A stretch of DNA of 64,000 bases. Source: Amoebophrya sp. A120 (lineage: Eukaryota; Protista; Dinoflagellata). Positions 1 through 12,244 of this stretch are shown in pieces. The DNA lies in contig CAJINV010000007.1 of the NCBI GenBank assembly GCA_905178155.1, forward strand, positions 528,020-592,019. Reading direction: 5' to 3'. The notes under the pieces are model-generated. The model did not search any database and was not told the origin of the DNA. It saw only the letters and a list, made by a program, of their open reading frames with translations. The position numbers and the translations under genes are program-made. Positions within the stretch are counted from its first letter, which is position 1. The number at the start of each line of letters is the position of its first letter.

Positions 1-951
1 GATCAACCGTCCCTATCCCTCCCCCGTTTTAGATAGACCGTTTTGCGCAGCCATAAGCACGACTTGAAAAACAAAAAAATACAAATAATTTTTTGTGTAG
101 ATCACATTTTTACGTGCGTTTTTTCGGCATCGGCGGCATTCGCACTTCGAACCCGGAGTAGTTTCCAAAAGTCCCTCGGCATCTGGGTCATAGTACAGCT
201 TCAGGGTTCCGCGTTTGCTAAATGCACGGCTTTTCGCACTTAGGTCACTAGTATCGCCTGTTCCAAATCAGCTCGACCATTTAATATTCGTGGGCCTCCC
301 CTTAGAGGAAGCGGGTGCGCTCGGTGGGCCGTTTTCATAGGTTGGTCATGGGGGACCTGCTCCCCATTTGTAATGCATGACTGGCCGCCGAAGATCTCAG
401 TTTGCATTTGCGTGCTCGAGTACCGGGGCGCAGGAAGGCGAATTAGTTCTAATAGATATTTTGAAAAATTTTAATCTCTTCGTGCAGCGGCTTACTGCGC
501 ATACAAATATTCTCGACCGATATCTTTGTATGTGGGCGCGCAGAAACTTTTTTTCGATTTACTACGACCCCATCTACCTCCCCTGGTGGACGTCTGCCGC
601 GGCTTACGGCTCTAGACGTTAACTAGGATTCAGTGCGTTGTGCGGGGTTTAGGGTTCAAAGTAATTTTGTATCTCCCACTGCTGCATGCACTCTGCTGGC
701 GATCTTATCATGCAAAACAACCTCCGGGTTGTTCCCGCGTATCAGGAGTAGTCCTGGTGCGTGAGGGCCGCAGAAGATGAAGAAAGGTGATGGTTTAGGG
801 GGTTCGCCGATTTTGTACATGTGTGATGCAAAAGATGAAAAGAATTTCGCGCGTGGGAGCGCATTAGTAAGCACAACGGGTGGGTGCCGTTCTCACCGTA
901 ACACAAGCCCACAAGAACAAGAACATGATCCGCTCCCGCAGGCAAAAAAAA
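1..951 (+). mobile_element. 3' part of a poly(A) retroposon nested in a family-C introner (5' end outside window)
   Basis: Ends ATGATCCGCTCCCGCAGGC+A8 (925-951), the same 3' end as 27774-27887 and 63060-63090. It is followed directly by internal family-C sequence. Confidence 0.65.
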
Positions 952-1121
952 TTTGCGACCACAGATCCTCTCTGTCTTGCACGAAGGCAACCCCACAGGC
1001 CCCGCAGTATTATGTAGGCAGTTTGTGATGCTATTGGGCCTACAGCATAGACGTTTAGCATGCTAAGCACCTAGGCCAGCGCCTCTCTACTCGGGCTTGA
1101 TATGGGCTTGCAGTCCTCTAG

Positions 1122-1216
<95 letters not shown>

Positions 1217-1282
1217 GTGTAAGCAGATCTGGCATCAGAAGCTTCGTTACGATATGGGGAGGGGGGATTTTTCCTTTTGATA
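952..1282. mobile_element. Right half of family-C TIR introner
   Basis: Resembles the interior and right TIR (GATATGGGGAGGGGGGATTTTTCCTTTTGATA) of 46477-46797. The left TIR is not in the window. Confidence 0.8.
1123..1215. repeat. (ACT)31 microsatellite inside introner
   Basis: Perfect trinucleotide run. Confidence 0.95.
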
Positions 1283-2798
1283 CAGCACGGACGAACAGCA
1301 GTCGGGACCTAGTCCGACTCCCGTATCATATGTAAAAACGTTCCCACCCCATAGTCAGGTTGGGAACTCAGCAACACAAATGCAGAAGTTTTGGGAGCCA
1401 CGCATGACAAGTTGCAGTAGTCCGCAGTATAGTGCACGTTAGCAAGGATATCTTCCGCATCGCAAATCCATGTGCTTGTCTTGTTTGCAGCATCACAAAT
1501 TCCAAAACAGGACTGGAAATGCCTCCGTTGGGGATGCGCATTACAAATGTTCCTGTAGTCGCAAATCTGCATGACAACTCTGGGAAGATGGGGACGTGTT
1601 TACACAGGATATCCCAGCGCCACACCTTATGTTTCTCCACCAGGGGAGGAGTCCGCGATTACCACATTGCACCTCATTATGGATGTGTCAGGAGTGAAAT
1701 CGACAAAGTTGAAATGATTTGTTTATGCATAAAATGCAGCCCACAACGTGCCTGGCTTGCAGAGTAGGCAAGTGAGGCAGATTGTAAGCCTGTTGAGGGG
1801 TAGAAACTGAGCTGCTAAAATAGCATGCCAAAAGGCGTTTTCTTTACCCAAACAGCATCACAATCTGGATTTCGGTTCTACCCAAATTTGTCATGCACCA
1901 CTTGGAAACTGGGCTTCCAACTGGTATCGATTTTATGCATGACAAACTATTTTAACTTGGACGATTGCAATCCTGACACTCCCATAACCATTCTGATCTG
2001 GGTTGCCGTGGTCTTGGTATTGGTGGGTGGAGGGGTCGTCATGTACTATTTGGGGTGGTGTGACGACGGCTCTCACTATTCGCTGAACGAGTATGCCCGC
2101 GCGTCGCGGTATGGAACTGTCAGGATTGAAATTGACAAAGTTGAAATGATTTGCCATGCATAAAATGGATGCCAGTTGGAGCCCAGTTTCCAAGTGGCGC
2201 ATGACAAATTTTGGCGGTCCTTAAATCCAGTCTGTCATGCTGTTTAGGCAAAGAAGACTGATTTTCTCATGCTACTTTAGCAGCTCGAGCTCCAACCCCA
2301 AACAGGCTTACAATCGGCCTCACTTGCCTGCTCTGCAACGCACGTACCTCGCGTCATGCATTTTCTGCATTGCAAATTATTTCAACTTTGACGATTTCGA
2401 TCCTGCCACACCCATACGCGGGCGTCCAAGGGGGCCGGGTCCATGCGGAAAGGAGCAGGGAAAAGCACGAACCGGGCGAGTCAAATGCGCCCGTCGAAGG
2501 GGGTATCACATGCAAAAATGTCTGGGTCTGGAGGATTGCGAGATTTGTCATGCTAGTCTAGCATGACTCTGCACTCTGTATTCCGTGGCCACCAAGAGGT
2601 CCTCGTCTTGCCTGCAATGCAAAAGCGCAGTTTCTCATGCGAAATACGCAGCACAGAAACACGAAAAAACTTGTCATGCTTGGCGGCGCATTTACAGAGC
2701 ACTTTATTGTTCACCGACTTGCATCACAAGTTTCCAGACCCAGACATTTTTGCAGTTGATAGGGGGGCGGCTACGCGGCTCAGGGGGGGTATTACTGA
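1283..2798 (+). CDS. C-terminal part of a type-I membrane protein (4 introners)
   Basis: Removing element+5 nt joins TDEQQSGPSPTP..SAITTLHLILIWVAVVLVLVGGGVVMYYLGW..ASKGAGSMRKG..GGGYAAQGGYY* (TGA 2796-2798). Confidence 0.75.
1324..1611. mobile_element. Family-B TIR introner
   Basis: TATCATATGTAAAAACGT..ACACAGGATA; DR TCCCG/TCCCA. Confidence 0.85.
1678..1986. mobile_element. Family-D TIR introner
   Basis: TATGGATGTGTCAGGA..TCCTGACACTCCCATA; DR CTCAT/ACCAT. Confidence 0.8.
2110..2416. mobile_element. Family-D TIR introner (opposite orientation to 1678)
   Basis: TATGGAACTGTCAGGA..TCCTGCCACACCCATA; TSD CGCGG. Confidence 0.85.
2504..2761. mobile_element. Family-A TIR introner
   Basis: TATCACATGCAAAAATGTCTGGGTCTGG..CCAGACCCAGACATTTTTGCAGTTGATA; TSD GGGGG. 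Confidence 0.9.
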
Positions 2799-3803
2799 CC
2801 TTCTGTAGAAGTTCCACCTATGTTGACCAGGCTTGTCGCATGAATCACACAAAACAAGTCCTCGTGTTTTACTAGAACCTCTCAAGAGCGCGACCATCAA
2901 AGTGGTCCAGAATCAAACCCCATAGAAAGAAGAAACCAATTATACCAAAATGCACACAAATTTTTATTCACGTACTTATCAAGAACATATCAGTTCCAGA
3001 TTTTTTGCTTACCTCCCCGTTTTCATGTTCGAGCTCAGGAGCAAACACGTATCTTCAAAATTTCTACTTTTCCCCCCCTGGCGCTAAAATTTTTTCTTCG
3101 GTTTTTCCCGGCCCCGAGAGGGAGAGGGCGCGAGGAGCTGGGCCTCAAACAAGACCGGGCCCATTTTTGTCTGAATTTAATGTTCCGGTGTAAAAGTAAG
3201 TATAAGTATTCTTGGCAGCGCCAGCGTCGTGCTAGCGGTTGTTGTTGTACGCAATGAAACTTGGCCCTACTTGTTCTCCCGTAAAAGTACTGAATCTGAA
3301 AATTTTTCCACTACTGTGGTACCCGTGGTTCTTCCCGTTAAACTGACACAGGCTTTTCGTCTCTCGTAGGTCGTTCTCCTTCGTTCAGACGATATAAGAC
3401 ATCAAAATTGATGTCCTGATGTCGTAGAAAAAAGTCGTCCATTTCGTCTCGTTCCGAACTGTCGTGCCGTGATGATTTTAGCATTGGCTTCCTACTCATC
3501 GTCCTCGAATAAGCTGGTTGTTTGGAACGCCCAAAGCCGCTGTTACTGCACGGCGTTCGTCGGGCCCAGCTGCACCGAGGTTCCCACTGCTGACAGCAAG
3601 CTTTTGTCTTAAGGTCATGAATATGAATACTAATCACAGATGATGTTAACAACTGCCACCCCGACCGGTCTGATTTGATGACACCGGAGATGATAGACCA
3701 CGCTACAGACTAAGAGGAACCGCTCCTCCTTTTACAGAGACCTTGTCCCGAAGTAATTTTCCTCTCCCCGCCTTGTCGTTGGCTTCGAGGTGGTGGACGA
3801 GAC

Positions 3804-6800
3804 ATGTTAAAAACCATTTCGAAAAATAAATTTCGCTTGACAACTTGGTCACAGCGCTTCTTTCAGTTTCGTCTCGTGGTCGTTTTATTTCCACTTCTAC
3901 TTTTCTCCCCGACTTGTTTGACCCTACTTGACGATGTCCGAGGACCCGGCCTGCTGCACTGGATCCTGTTGGCTCCTACTTCAAAAATGGAAAACGGGCC
4001 ACCCTTCAGCGCTGGTACTAGAAGTTATACAACGTCTTTATTTTCCGGTGCGTCATCAACTGGGTCAATAATATTCTCCCACGCCTACAGGCTGCAGACC
4101 CGAAATAAAGCGACGACGAAGAAAACCACCTTGTCCCGGGTAGTTCATTTCGCGACACACCGAACGACAGAGGAGAAGGACAAGCAGGGAACTACTAGTA
4201 CTGCGCAGGAGAACAAGAACACAGCGGAGGTGGAGAACAACAGGAACGAAGATGATGTCCATCATCGTCCTGAGGGGACTTTCCTAGGTCTGCACCAAGG
4301 ACGAGAAAAGAATTCTGAGAGCGCCGGTTATGGAGATGAGTCTGATGGTTTTCAGAATTATCCTGGCGAGCATCTGGGAAAAATTTTGCAGGAGCAGGAC
4401 CAACAAAACGGTGAGCTGTACGATAAGGAAACTACAAGCACAGGTAGAGCAAGGACCTCTAGACGGGGAAGCAAAAGCAATAGAGGATCAACATCCCCGG
4501 TACGGAAAGCTTTGTTCGCGGGAAGGGACAGTCGAGAAATAAAGAGAAGCAGTGGCAGGTCTAGTATTTCTCGAGAGCAGCCGAGGACCACGACAGGCGG
4601 GGAAGATGAAACGCAAAAAACGGCCTCCTTGGCCGAGCTAAAGTTGGAGCAAGAGTCTACTTTTTATCAGGTGGGACAACGAGAGAGCATCCAAGCAGCA
4701 GCTGCAGTAGTAGAACGGCAAGAAGAAGGCCTGGCTCAACATGTAGTCGCGAAAAATAGCAGAACCGCACAAACACAGCACCTGGGCGGCTGCGAGCATG
4801 AGACGTGCCGGTACCCGAATGCCGGGTTTGGCGGCTGCGCGTGCGACGTCGGGCGTGGCGGGACGCAGGAGTTCGTGTTGTGCCCACAGTCGGAAATAGC
4901 AGCGGAGTTGCGACAGGCAGACTTGCAGCAGTACACGAGGCAAACGCAGCTACCCGCTTGCAGCCAGATCCACTGCCAAATGGCCTGTGACGACAACAGT
5001 GATGCCGGGGGTTACTTGTACCAAACCTCCACGTGCCTGTGTCGTCTCTTTTACATGTGGGGCGACGCCTTGATTGGGTATGCGCATGTGCACGCCGGCG
5101 GCGGGCTTTCCCAATTTGCGAACGATGGGTGCATGAGGAAAGTGGACACGACAACCGCGCCACCGCTTACGCCAGCCACGACCACCGTTGTCCACGCGAC
5201 AAATTCCGGTGGCATCGGAACTCCCCCGACTGGAACCCGGCCCACGGAAGCGCCGCCGACCACGACAACAACCACGACGACAACAACGACCACGACCACC
5301 ACGACTACGACCACAACTTCAACCACATCGACCACTACCATTTACATCGACCCCAACGGCCCCTGCGCGACGCTGCCAACGAAAGAGCTCTGTGACGCCG
5401 CAAAAGCGCGGAATTGTATCTACGGGCAGAAGAAGCGAATTCAAATTGTTTCCGGGGAGAAAAAGTGGCTGAATGACGGTCCTTATCAAATGCAAAAATG
5501 TCTGGGTCTGGACGAATCTAACTTGTCATGCTAAATCTGAATCATTCGAAAATCTGTGTTGCATGATTGCCAAAAGCTGGCCACTTTTGACCTAATCGAG
5601 AGGCAGTCTCTCATGCAGGATAAGCATGATAGAAATCTCACAGAATCTGTCATGCTATGTCCTACACACCAGACCTCATGGGTCATGGAAAACCTGCATG
5701 ACAAGTCTGCATTCTTCCAGACCCAGACATTTTTACATTTGATAGTCCTGTGCAATGTTTCGACTGCTCAAAACTCCTAGCCACGCAGCCGATCGCCGAG
5801 TTGCCCTACACTAATTGCGACATGCTCAGCGGAGGGCATTGTAAGCCCGAGGAAGGTCTTACGATTAATTCGGTTGAATGCGTGCTCAATCCGGATCCGA
5901 GCAGTAGCCCCTTCGCGATTTACGGTGCATCATATGAAAGTGCACAACTCCCCCTCCCCCTCATTTGTATTGCATGAACAGCAATACAAGCGTCAGCAAG
6001 AAGAATACAGGTTTTGCATGACAAATTTGGATAGGAGTGTAGGGCTATTTCGGCTGCCAGAACTTGTCATGCAAACATTGCCAAGAGCCAAGGCGTAAAT
6101 TACTTACGTATTTCGCATGACAAATGAGGGGGAGGGGGAGTTGTGCACTGTCATACATCAAGTACAGAAGAAGAAGCGCCCGTCGGAGGAGGAACTGGGG
6201 ACGAGCAGGGTGAAGGAAATACTATCAGCTCGACTACCGGCCTGACCCAAGCCGACATCAACAAAATCCTCATCGCCGTCGGGATCTGCGTGACCTTACT
6301 CGCGGTCTGGGTCACCTGCTTGCTGTGCGGCTGCTGTAGTAAGGAACAAGAGGAGGACATGATGGAGCATTATGATGCAGACGGTAATTTAGTTGACGTT
6401 CATGGAGGCGACGAGGACTATCAGTTCTTCGAAGAGGGAACGTCAGATGACTATCAAATGCAAAAGTGTCTGGGTCTGGAACAAAGCAACTTGTCATGCG
6501 CATTTCAGAACACACAAAAGTCTCTCATGCATAAGTAGCAAGGGCTGCTCACTTTCTGCCACCAAAATGGGGGATTTATCATGCGGGTTCGGCATTGCGG
6601 AAGCTCCTCGAAACCTGTGATGCTAGAGCTTCCATGCCAGACCTTCTGCGTCATGCAGAAACAGCATGACTCTTCCAGACCCAGACACTTTTACACTTGA
6701 TAATGACGGGTATCATAATAACACCTACGGGTATGACGATCCTGGTGGCTATGGAGGCGACGAGAGCAATTACCATGCAGGTGGAGGAAAGCACGGTGGG

Positions 6801-6992
6801 TATCACCACCACCAAAAGTCTCAAAGATACAAGGGTAACAAGAACGACTACTACGAGTCGGGAAAAAAGGGAAGTTACGACGACTACGGCGAGGACGAGT
6901 CGTACTATGGGAAGGGTAGAAGCAAAGGGATGAAAAAAGGGTACAAGCAGAAGGGGTACAATGATAAGGGCGGGGGGTTGCACGGGTATTAG
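3804..6992 (+). CDS. Type-I membrane/surface protein: hydrophobic N-terminus, Cys-rich domains, Thr-rich mucin stalk, TM, Gly/Tyr/Lys-rich tail
   Basis: ORFs 3804, 5750, 6143 and 6666 join in frame after removing 5484-5749, 5933-6160 and 6452-6707. TM ILIAVGICVTLLAVWVTCLLCGCC. Confidence 0.8.
5484..5744. mobile_element. Family-A TIR introner
   Basis: A-type TIRs; TSD GTCCT. Confidence 0.92.
5933..6155. mobile_element. Family-I TIR introner
   Basis: ~35-bp TIR TATGAAAGTGCACAACTCCCCCTCCCCCTCATTTGT; TSD CATCA. Confidence 0.9.
6452..6702. mobile_element. Family-A TIR introner
   Basis: A-type TIRs; TSD ATGAC. Confidence 0.9.
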
Positions 6993-7876
6993 TTAGTAGG
7001 ACCAGAAGATATTTTTATCAGCACGAATCGTGGTCGAACATTTTGCTTTTTTGTCTCGATTTTGGAAAACCGTAAACGAAAATGTGAAAGTGAATGTCTG
7101 TTTCAATATCTTCACCTGCTCGTTCGCCTTGACGGCGAAGTTTGTTTCCACACCGATGTGCTTTTTCTCTCCTGGCTGCTTCATGCTGAGCAGCGCCAGT
7201 GGTTCAACTACTTAATAATTGTTCCCATTCGAATTTCAATTTCTTGTCCCGAGGCTCTTCCGCTCACCTTGAGAAGCGCACGCGTCATTCAATTTCTTGT
7301 CCCGAAAGATTGTAACCTCTGCAAAGGCGTTCTGCTGATCACGAGAGCTCTTGTTTCAACTCACAAGTCCGCCACAGGTTAGCAGGCGAAGAGCAGGCAG
7401 GCAAAAGCGACGTTGATCATTTTTTTCGATACAGTGTTGTAGTTGCAAAACGAAAAAAGGTTCTGATCGTCTCTCTGATCTGCTAAAGAAGCGAAGAGGG
7501 ATGAAGGTTTTTGCTTTGCTACCGCTGAAGATAAAGATCCAGAGACTTTCTTTCATTTTTCGCATAAATTTGTTGGGCTTGTTTGCATTCGGCTTCATAC
7601 CACACAGGAGGATTCTTTTGATCGTCTCTCTTTCCATTCTCACAGCGACATGAAAACGACAACAAGCAATAAAATCTTGTGATAAGGTATGATCGTATCC
7701 AAGTCGAGAATTTTGTTACTACAGTGTTGCTAGTATTGTAAAATCTTCTTTTAAAGCCCTATTCCACCACCACCTACACAACAACAATGACGCGCTTGCG
7801 TCTCATCTTGTCACCTGTCTATTAGACTTCTTCACCCGTAAGAAAGAAACCCCACAGTAGTTCTACCAGCAAAACA

Positions 7877-10800
7877 ATGGCCTTCCGCGGTTTTTCCTTC
7901 AACGCCGGCCCTGGCGGCGGAGACCACCAGCGGCCCAAGATAAACCCCAGCTCGATCCCCCAAGGGCCTGCAATTGGACCGATGGGACCCCCACCAGCAC
8001 ACGATAGTGCTATCAAAAGCAAAAATCCCCCCTCCCCATATCGAAAAGGTATGTTTCCGAAAATTTGTGTTGCTGATTTGAGGTCGCAAATCGCATTTGT
8101 ATTGCAAGAAGACAAGGGCAGAAGCTTCCGCCCCACTATGGAAGCGATTTGCCATGCTGTTGGCCCTAAAAGTGACCCGCTTGCCATGCTGCACAACTAG
8201 ACCCATACGGCCCTACCTAGCCTGGGGATTTGGCCGCAGTGCCTCTCTGCAATACAAACCTGATTTGTGTACGTAAATCCAGCATCAGAAATTCCGTTTT
8301 GATATGGGGAGGGGGGATTTTTCCTTTCGATAAGTGCAATGCTATCTTCGGGATCGGGTGATCCAAATAACCTGTACAATAAGAGACCTTCCCCCGAGGC
8401 TTTGATGGCGCGAGATTTACGAACGGAGCAGTGGGAGCCGGTGGCGAAAAAGAAAAAGAAGAAAGACGATGAACCTGTAGCCGCGCCTCCGCCAGAGGAT
8501 GACGACGATGACGACCCGTTGGCGGCTTTTATGAAGCAAAATGCAGCGGTATTGGAGAAGGAAAATGTCATGAAGGCACAGAACCCGGGGATGGCGATGC
8601 AGACCAAAGGGGAAATTTTAAATGACAACATGGAGGACGACGCCGTGGCGGAGTATAAGATATATCGTTTTCATGCGTACGAGCGTACTAGGTAATATCC
8701 ACTTTTCATCCTCTGACGTCTTCCATTTTATTCTGTAACTGCAGCGGGGGCTCCTATCAATGTTTTATTTCACTTCCCTAACAGCGCCCAAGAGCAGCTG
8801 GAAAAGGAGCTGGCGGAGGCACGCAAGAAGAAAAAACAGAAGGAGGGAAAAGACCAGAACCAAGACAAAGAATCCCCGGACGACATCGATGAAGAGGGGC
8901 AGAATGCGCTGAAACGCGGCGGAATTATATCATTTGTAAAAACGTCCCCACCTCCCCAGAGTCAAGATGGGTATTCTGCAACACAGATCCAGAAGTTTTG
9001 GGAGTAACGCATGACAAGTTTTTCTCTGTAGTGTAATGCGGGTTAGCAAGGACAGCGGCATCACAAAGCCATCCTGGTATCCTGTTTACAGCATCACAAA
9101 TTGCATAACACGATTGAAAATGCCTCTGCTCATGGGGATGCGCATTAGATAGTAATTCTGCATGACAAGTAGAACTCTGGGGTGGTGACGTTTTTACACA
9201 GGATAAATCAAGTTCGATGTTTTGGATACCAATGTGGACCACAGCAAGATAAAGTACCCGGAATTTGAGAAGAACTTGTATGACGAACACGACAGCGTGA
9301 AACAAATGACGGAGGAGCAGGTATAAATTAGAGCAACTATTGTGTTGCTGTTTATAAGTTCTTTGTCATGCACAAATTGCATGGAAAATACATTCTGTGT
9401 AGGAGCTTTTCATCCACGTGTCAACAACAAACAACTACGTGCAAGAACTAAAAATCAGATACTGAAAATCTCTACCAGGTTTCCTCCCTTCGCGACAATT
9501 TAGAACTCCGCTGTCTGGGCCAGGACATTCCCCGCCCGGTGTACAGCTTCGCGCAGTTTTCACTGGACGAACAGATCATGCAAGTGTTGCGGAAAAACGA
9601 CTATGAAACCCCGACCGCGATCCAGTCCCAGGCTATTCCGGTGGCGTTACAAGGTCGCGATTTGATCGGCACGGCTCAGACGGGCAGTGGGAAGACTCTC
9701 GCGTATGTTTTGCCGATGTTGACGCACTGTATCTTCAACTGGGAGTCGAATGGGAGCAAGGAGATGCAGAACGCGGGGCCCATGGCGTTGATTTTATGTC
9801 CCACCCAAGACTTGGCGATTCAGATCGAGAAGGAGATCTACAAGTTCGGGAAGAAACAGCAACTCCGGTCCGTCACCTTAGCCGGGGGGCTGTCAAAGCA
9901 GGAACAGTGGAAGCAGTGCAAGAAGGGCTGCGACATCGTGGTCGGATCGCCGGGGAGAATCATGGATTTGATCAAGCAGAAGGCGATCAGCTTAATCCGA
10001 TGCAGTTTTTTAGTTTTGGACGAGGCGGATCGCATGTTTGAAATGGGCTTCGAGAACCAGGTGACTTCTATTATAAAGAACTTGAACCCGAAGAAGCAAA
10101 CCTTACTCTTCTCCGCCACTTTCCCGGCGAAAATCGAGATGCTGGCGCAGAATTATTTGAACAAAGCCATTCGCGTGATCGTCGGGAAATCGAAGCAGGG
10201 GGAGGCGGCGGATACGGTGGTGCAGAAACCTGTCGTCGTGGACGATGACGAAGTGAAGACGAAATTACAGTATTTGGTAAATTACCACTTCGGGGAGACG
10301 GTGAAGGGGACGAAGGATTTGGATTTACTAGAAATGTCAAAGTCGAAAAATCTGCTCGAGCGGATGCATGCGCAGGTGGACGAGACCAGGAATTCGTGGT
10401 ACGCGGATGCAAATCCGGTGGACGATTTTGGAAACCCGCTCTTAGATTCGATGAACCTCCCCTTACGGACAGCAGTTGGCGCGGTCCAGCTGCAAAACGG
10501 GTTCGAATCTGGGAATTACGTGATGAACCAAAACCCGCGCGCGCCGGTGCCGCTGCCGTCGGAGAGCAAGCCTGATCCTGAAAATCTTCCCGAAGAGGAG
10601 AAGCCACACGACTTGACCGCGTTGGACCAGCAGACCTTGATTTTCACGAGGAGTAAGGATCGGTGCGAATTGCTGAAAAAGCTCCTCGAGCAGGAGATGC
10701 AGCAGTTGACCCGGTTAGTCGGGGGGAAGAAGCAGCAGAAGAAGGAATTCAAGCAGCACAACTTGCCGGTAATTAGATGCTTACACGGGGACATGGAGCA

Positions 10801-12244
10801 GAGGGACCGAATCGAGATTCTGGGGAAGTACCGGAAACAGAAAATCCAAGTTTTGATCGCCACGGACGTGGCCGCTCGGGGCTTAGACATCGCGGGCATC
10901 AAAACCGTGATTTGCTTCGACGGGGCGCAGAAACTGGAGACCCACACACACCGGATCGGGCGGACTGGACGCGCGGGGTTGATGGGGACGGCGTATACTT
11001 TGCTGGTGGAGGGGAAGGACCAGAAGTTAGCCGCTTTCATCGTAGAGGCGATCATGAAAAGGCAGCAAAGGGAGCAGGAACAGGAAAAAATAGAACCAGG
11101 ACAGCAATTACCCAACAAGAAAAACATGATCCCAAAGGAAGTGATGGACCTGGCCTTCCAGCACGCCCCCTTCGCTGCGCATTTCCGGAAGATGAAAAAG
11201 GAAAACGCGAATTTCGGGAAAAAAATCGTCGTCGACGATGCGGGCAACGCGGATGATGCGGAATTAGAGGAAAAAACGGAGTTTGAGCAGATGAGCCAGT
11301 CGTTAGCGGACTCGGTGTTGAACCAGCAGCAATCCATGATCTCCGCGAAAAAAACCGCGGGCGGAATTTTCCAGTTGCAGGCCAAGCAGCGGGGGACGGT
11401 TGGGGTCGGGTTTACGGAAGACGGAGATAATACCAACAGCAAGAAACATATAAAACGCATCACCCGGGAAGAACTCGAGACGCATCGGAAGGAACAAGAT
11501 TTGAAGACGAAAATCACGATCACCTCCTTCAACCAGTCGGGGGAGCGGAAAACCGAGACCGCGGAACAGGCGTTACATGGACATCACGGAGCAACGAACC
11601 AGCAGAACAAGACTCACACAGTCGTCGTTTCCCCCGGCGGGACAGGGAAGACGAATGACGATTCCTCCGACAGCGATGACATTTACGCCCCGGGCGTGAC
11701 AGCCGGGTCGAACATCATGAGTCACTACGCGAATATGGTTGGGCCGGCGAACAATTCTAAAGGCGGGAAGAAAGGCGGGAAAAGCGGGAAGCCGGGGATC
11801 AACCCCTTTTTCGCCGCGAATCCCGGTGGTGCGGGGGGTGGAACTGGTGGGAAAGGAGGTAACATGAATCTGAATGTGCTGCCAGTATCTGGCTTCTCGG
11901 GTGGAAATAATGCGGGAAATACAACTTCTACCGGAATCACCAGTCGGATAGTGCAGCAGCCAGGAACAGTTTCTGGGTACCACGCGCCGCCGCCACCGGT
12001 CAGTAATAGTATGCAGCAGCAAGCCGCAGCGGGGGGGTCTTTACCCGGACCGGCAGCCGCAGGGGGAAATCAGCCGAGCCGGAATAGGCCGGGGAATGGG
12101 TACGACCAGAGCAGCAGTCGGAGTCGGGAGCAGGGTCGGGAAAGGGAACGGGAGCGAGACAGGGGAAGAGATCGCGATAGCAGAAGAAGGAGCCGGGGCG
12201 GCGATAATTACAAGCGAGATGATAGTAGAAGAAGGCGACGATGA
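7877..12244 (+). CDS. DDX42: DEAD-box RNA helicase, DDX42/SF3b125-like
   Basis: Motifs AQTGSGKT, DEAD, SAT, ARGLD and HRIGRTGRAG. N-terminal DPLAAFM and VDHSKIKYPEFEKNLYDEH resemble DDX42. Exons 7877-8010, 8338-8691, 8785-8927, 9211-9320, 9479-12244 (2 introners, 2 GT-AG introns). Confidence 0.85.
8011..8332. mobile_element. Family-C TIR introner
   Basis: TATCAAAAGCAAAAATCCCCCCTCCCCATATC..GGATTTTTCCTTTCGATA; TSD AGTGC. Confidence 0.92.
8692..8784 (+). other. Canonical GT-AG intron
   Basis: AG|GTAATA..CTAACAG| keeps the frame. Alternative donors at 8653 or 8677 are also in phase. Confidence 0.55.
8928..9205. mobile_element. Family-B TIR introner
   Basis: B-type TIRs; DR AATTA/AATCA. Confidence 0.85.
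9321..9478 (+). other. Canonical GT-AG intron with CAGGT at both junctions
   Basis: Joins MTEEQ|VSSLRDNLELR in frame. Confidence 0.8.

Noticed and set aside
1102-1335. Poly-Thr ORF
   Set aside because: An ACT microsatellite inside an introner.
2504-2761. Solo LTRs (5-bp TSD)
   Set aside because: Ends are TAT..ATA with long TIRs rather than TG..CA, and there is no PBS/PPT or internal domain.
5484-5534. Recurrent peptides (QMQKCLGLE, KMSGSGR, CKNVWVWK, LPDPDIF, KNPPSPY) in many ORFs as a protein repeat family
   Set aside because: They are translations of the family-A and family-C TIRs in different frames, not protein domains.
10516-11532. 338-aa minus-strand ORF
   Set aside because: Antisense shadow of the helicase CDS.
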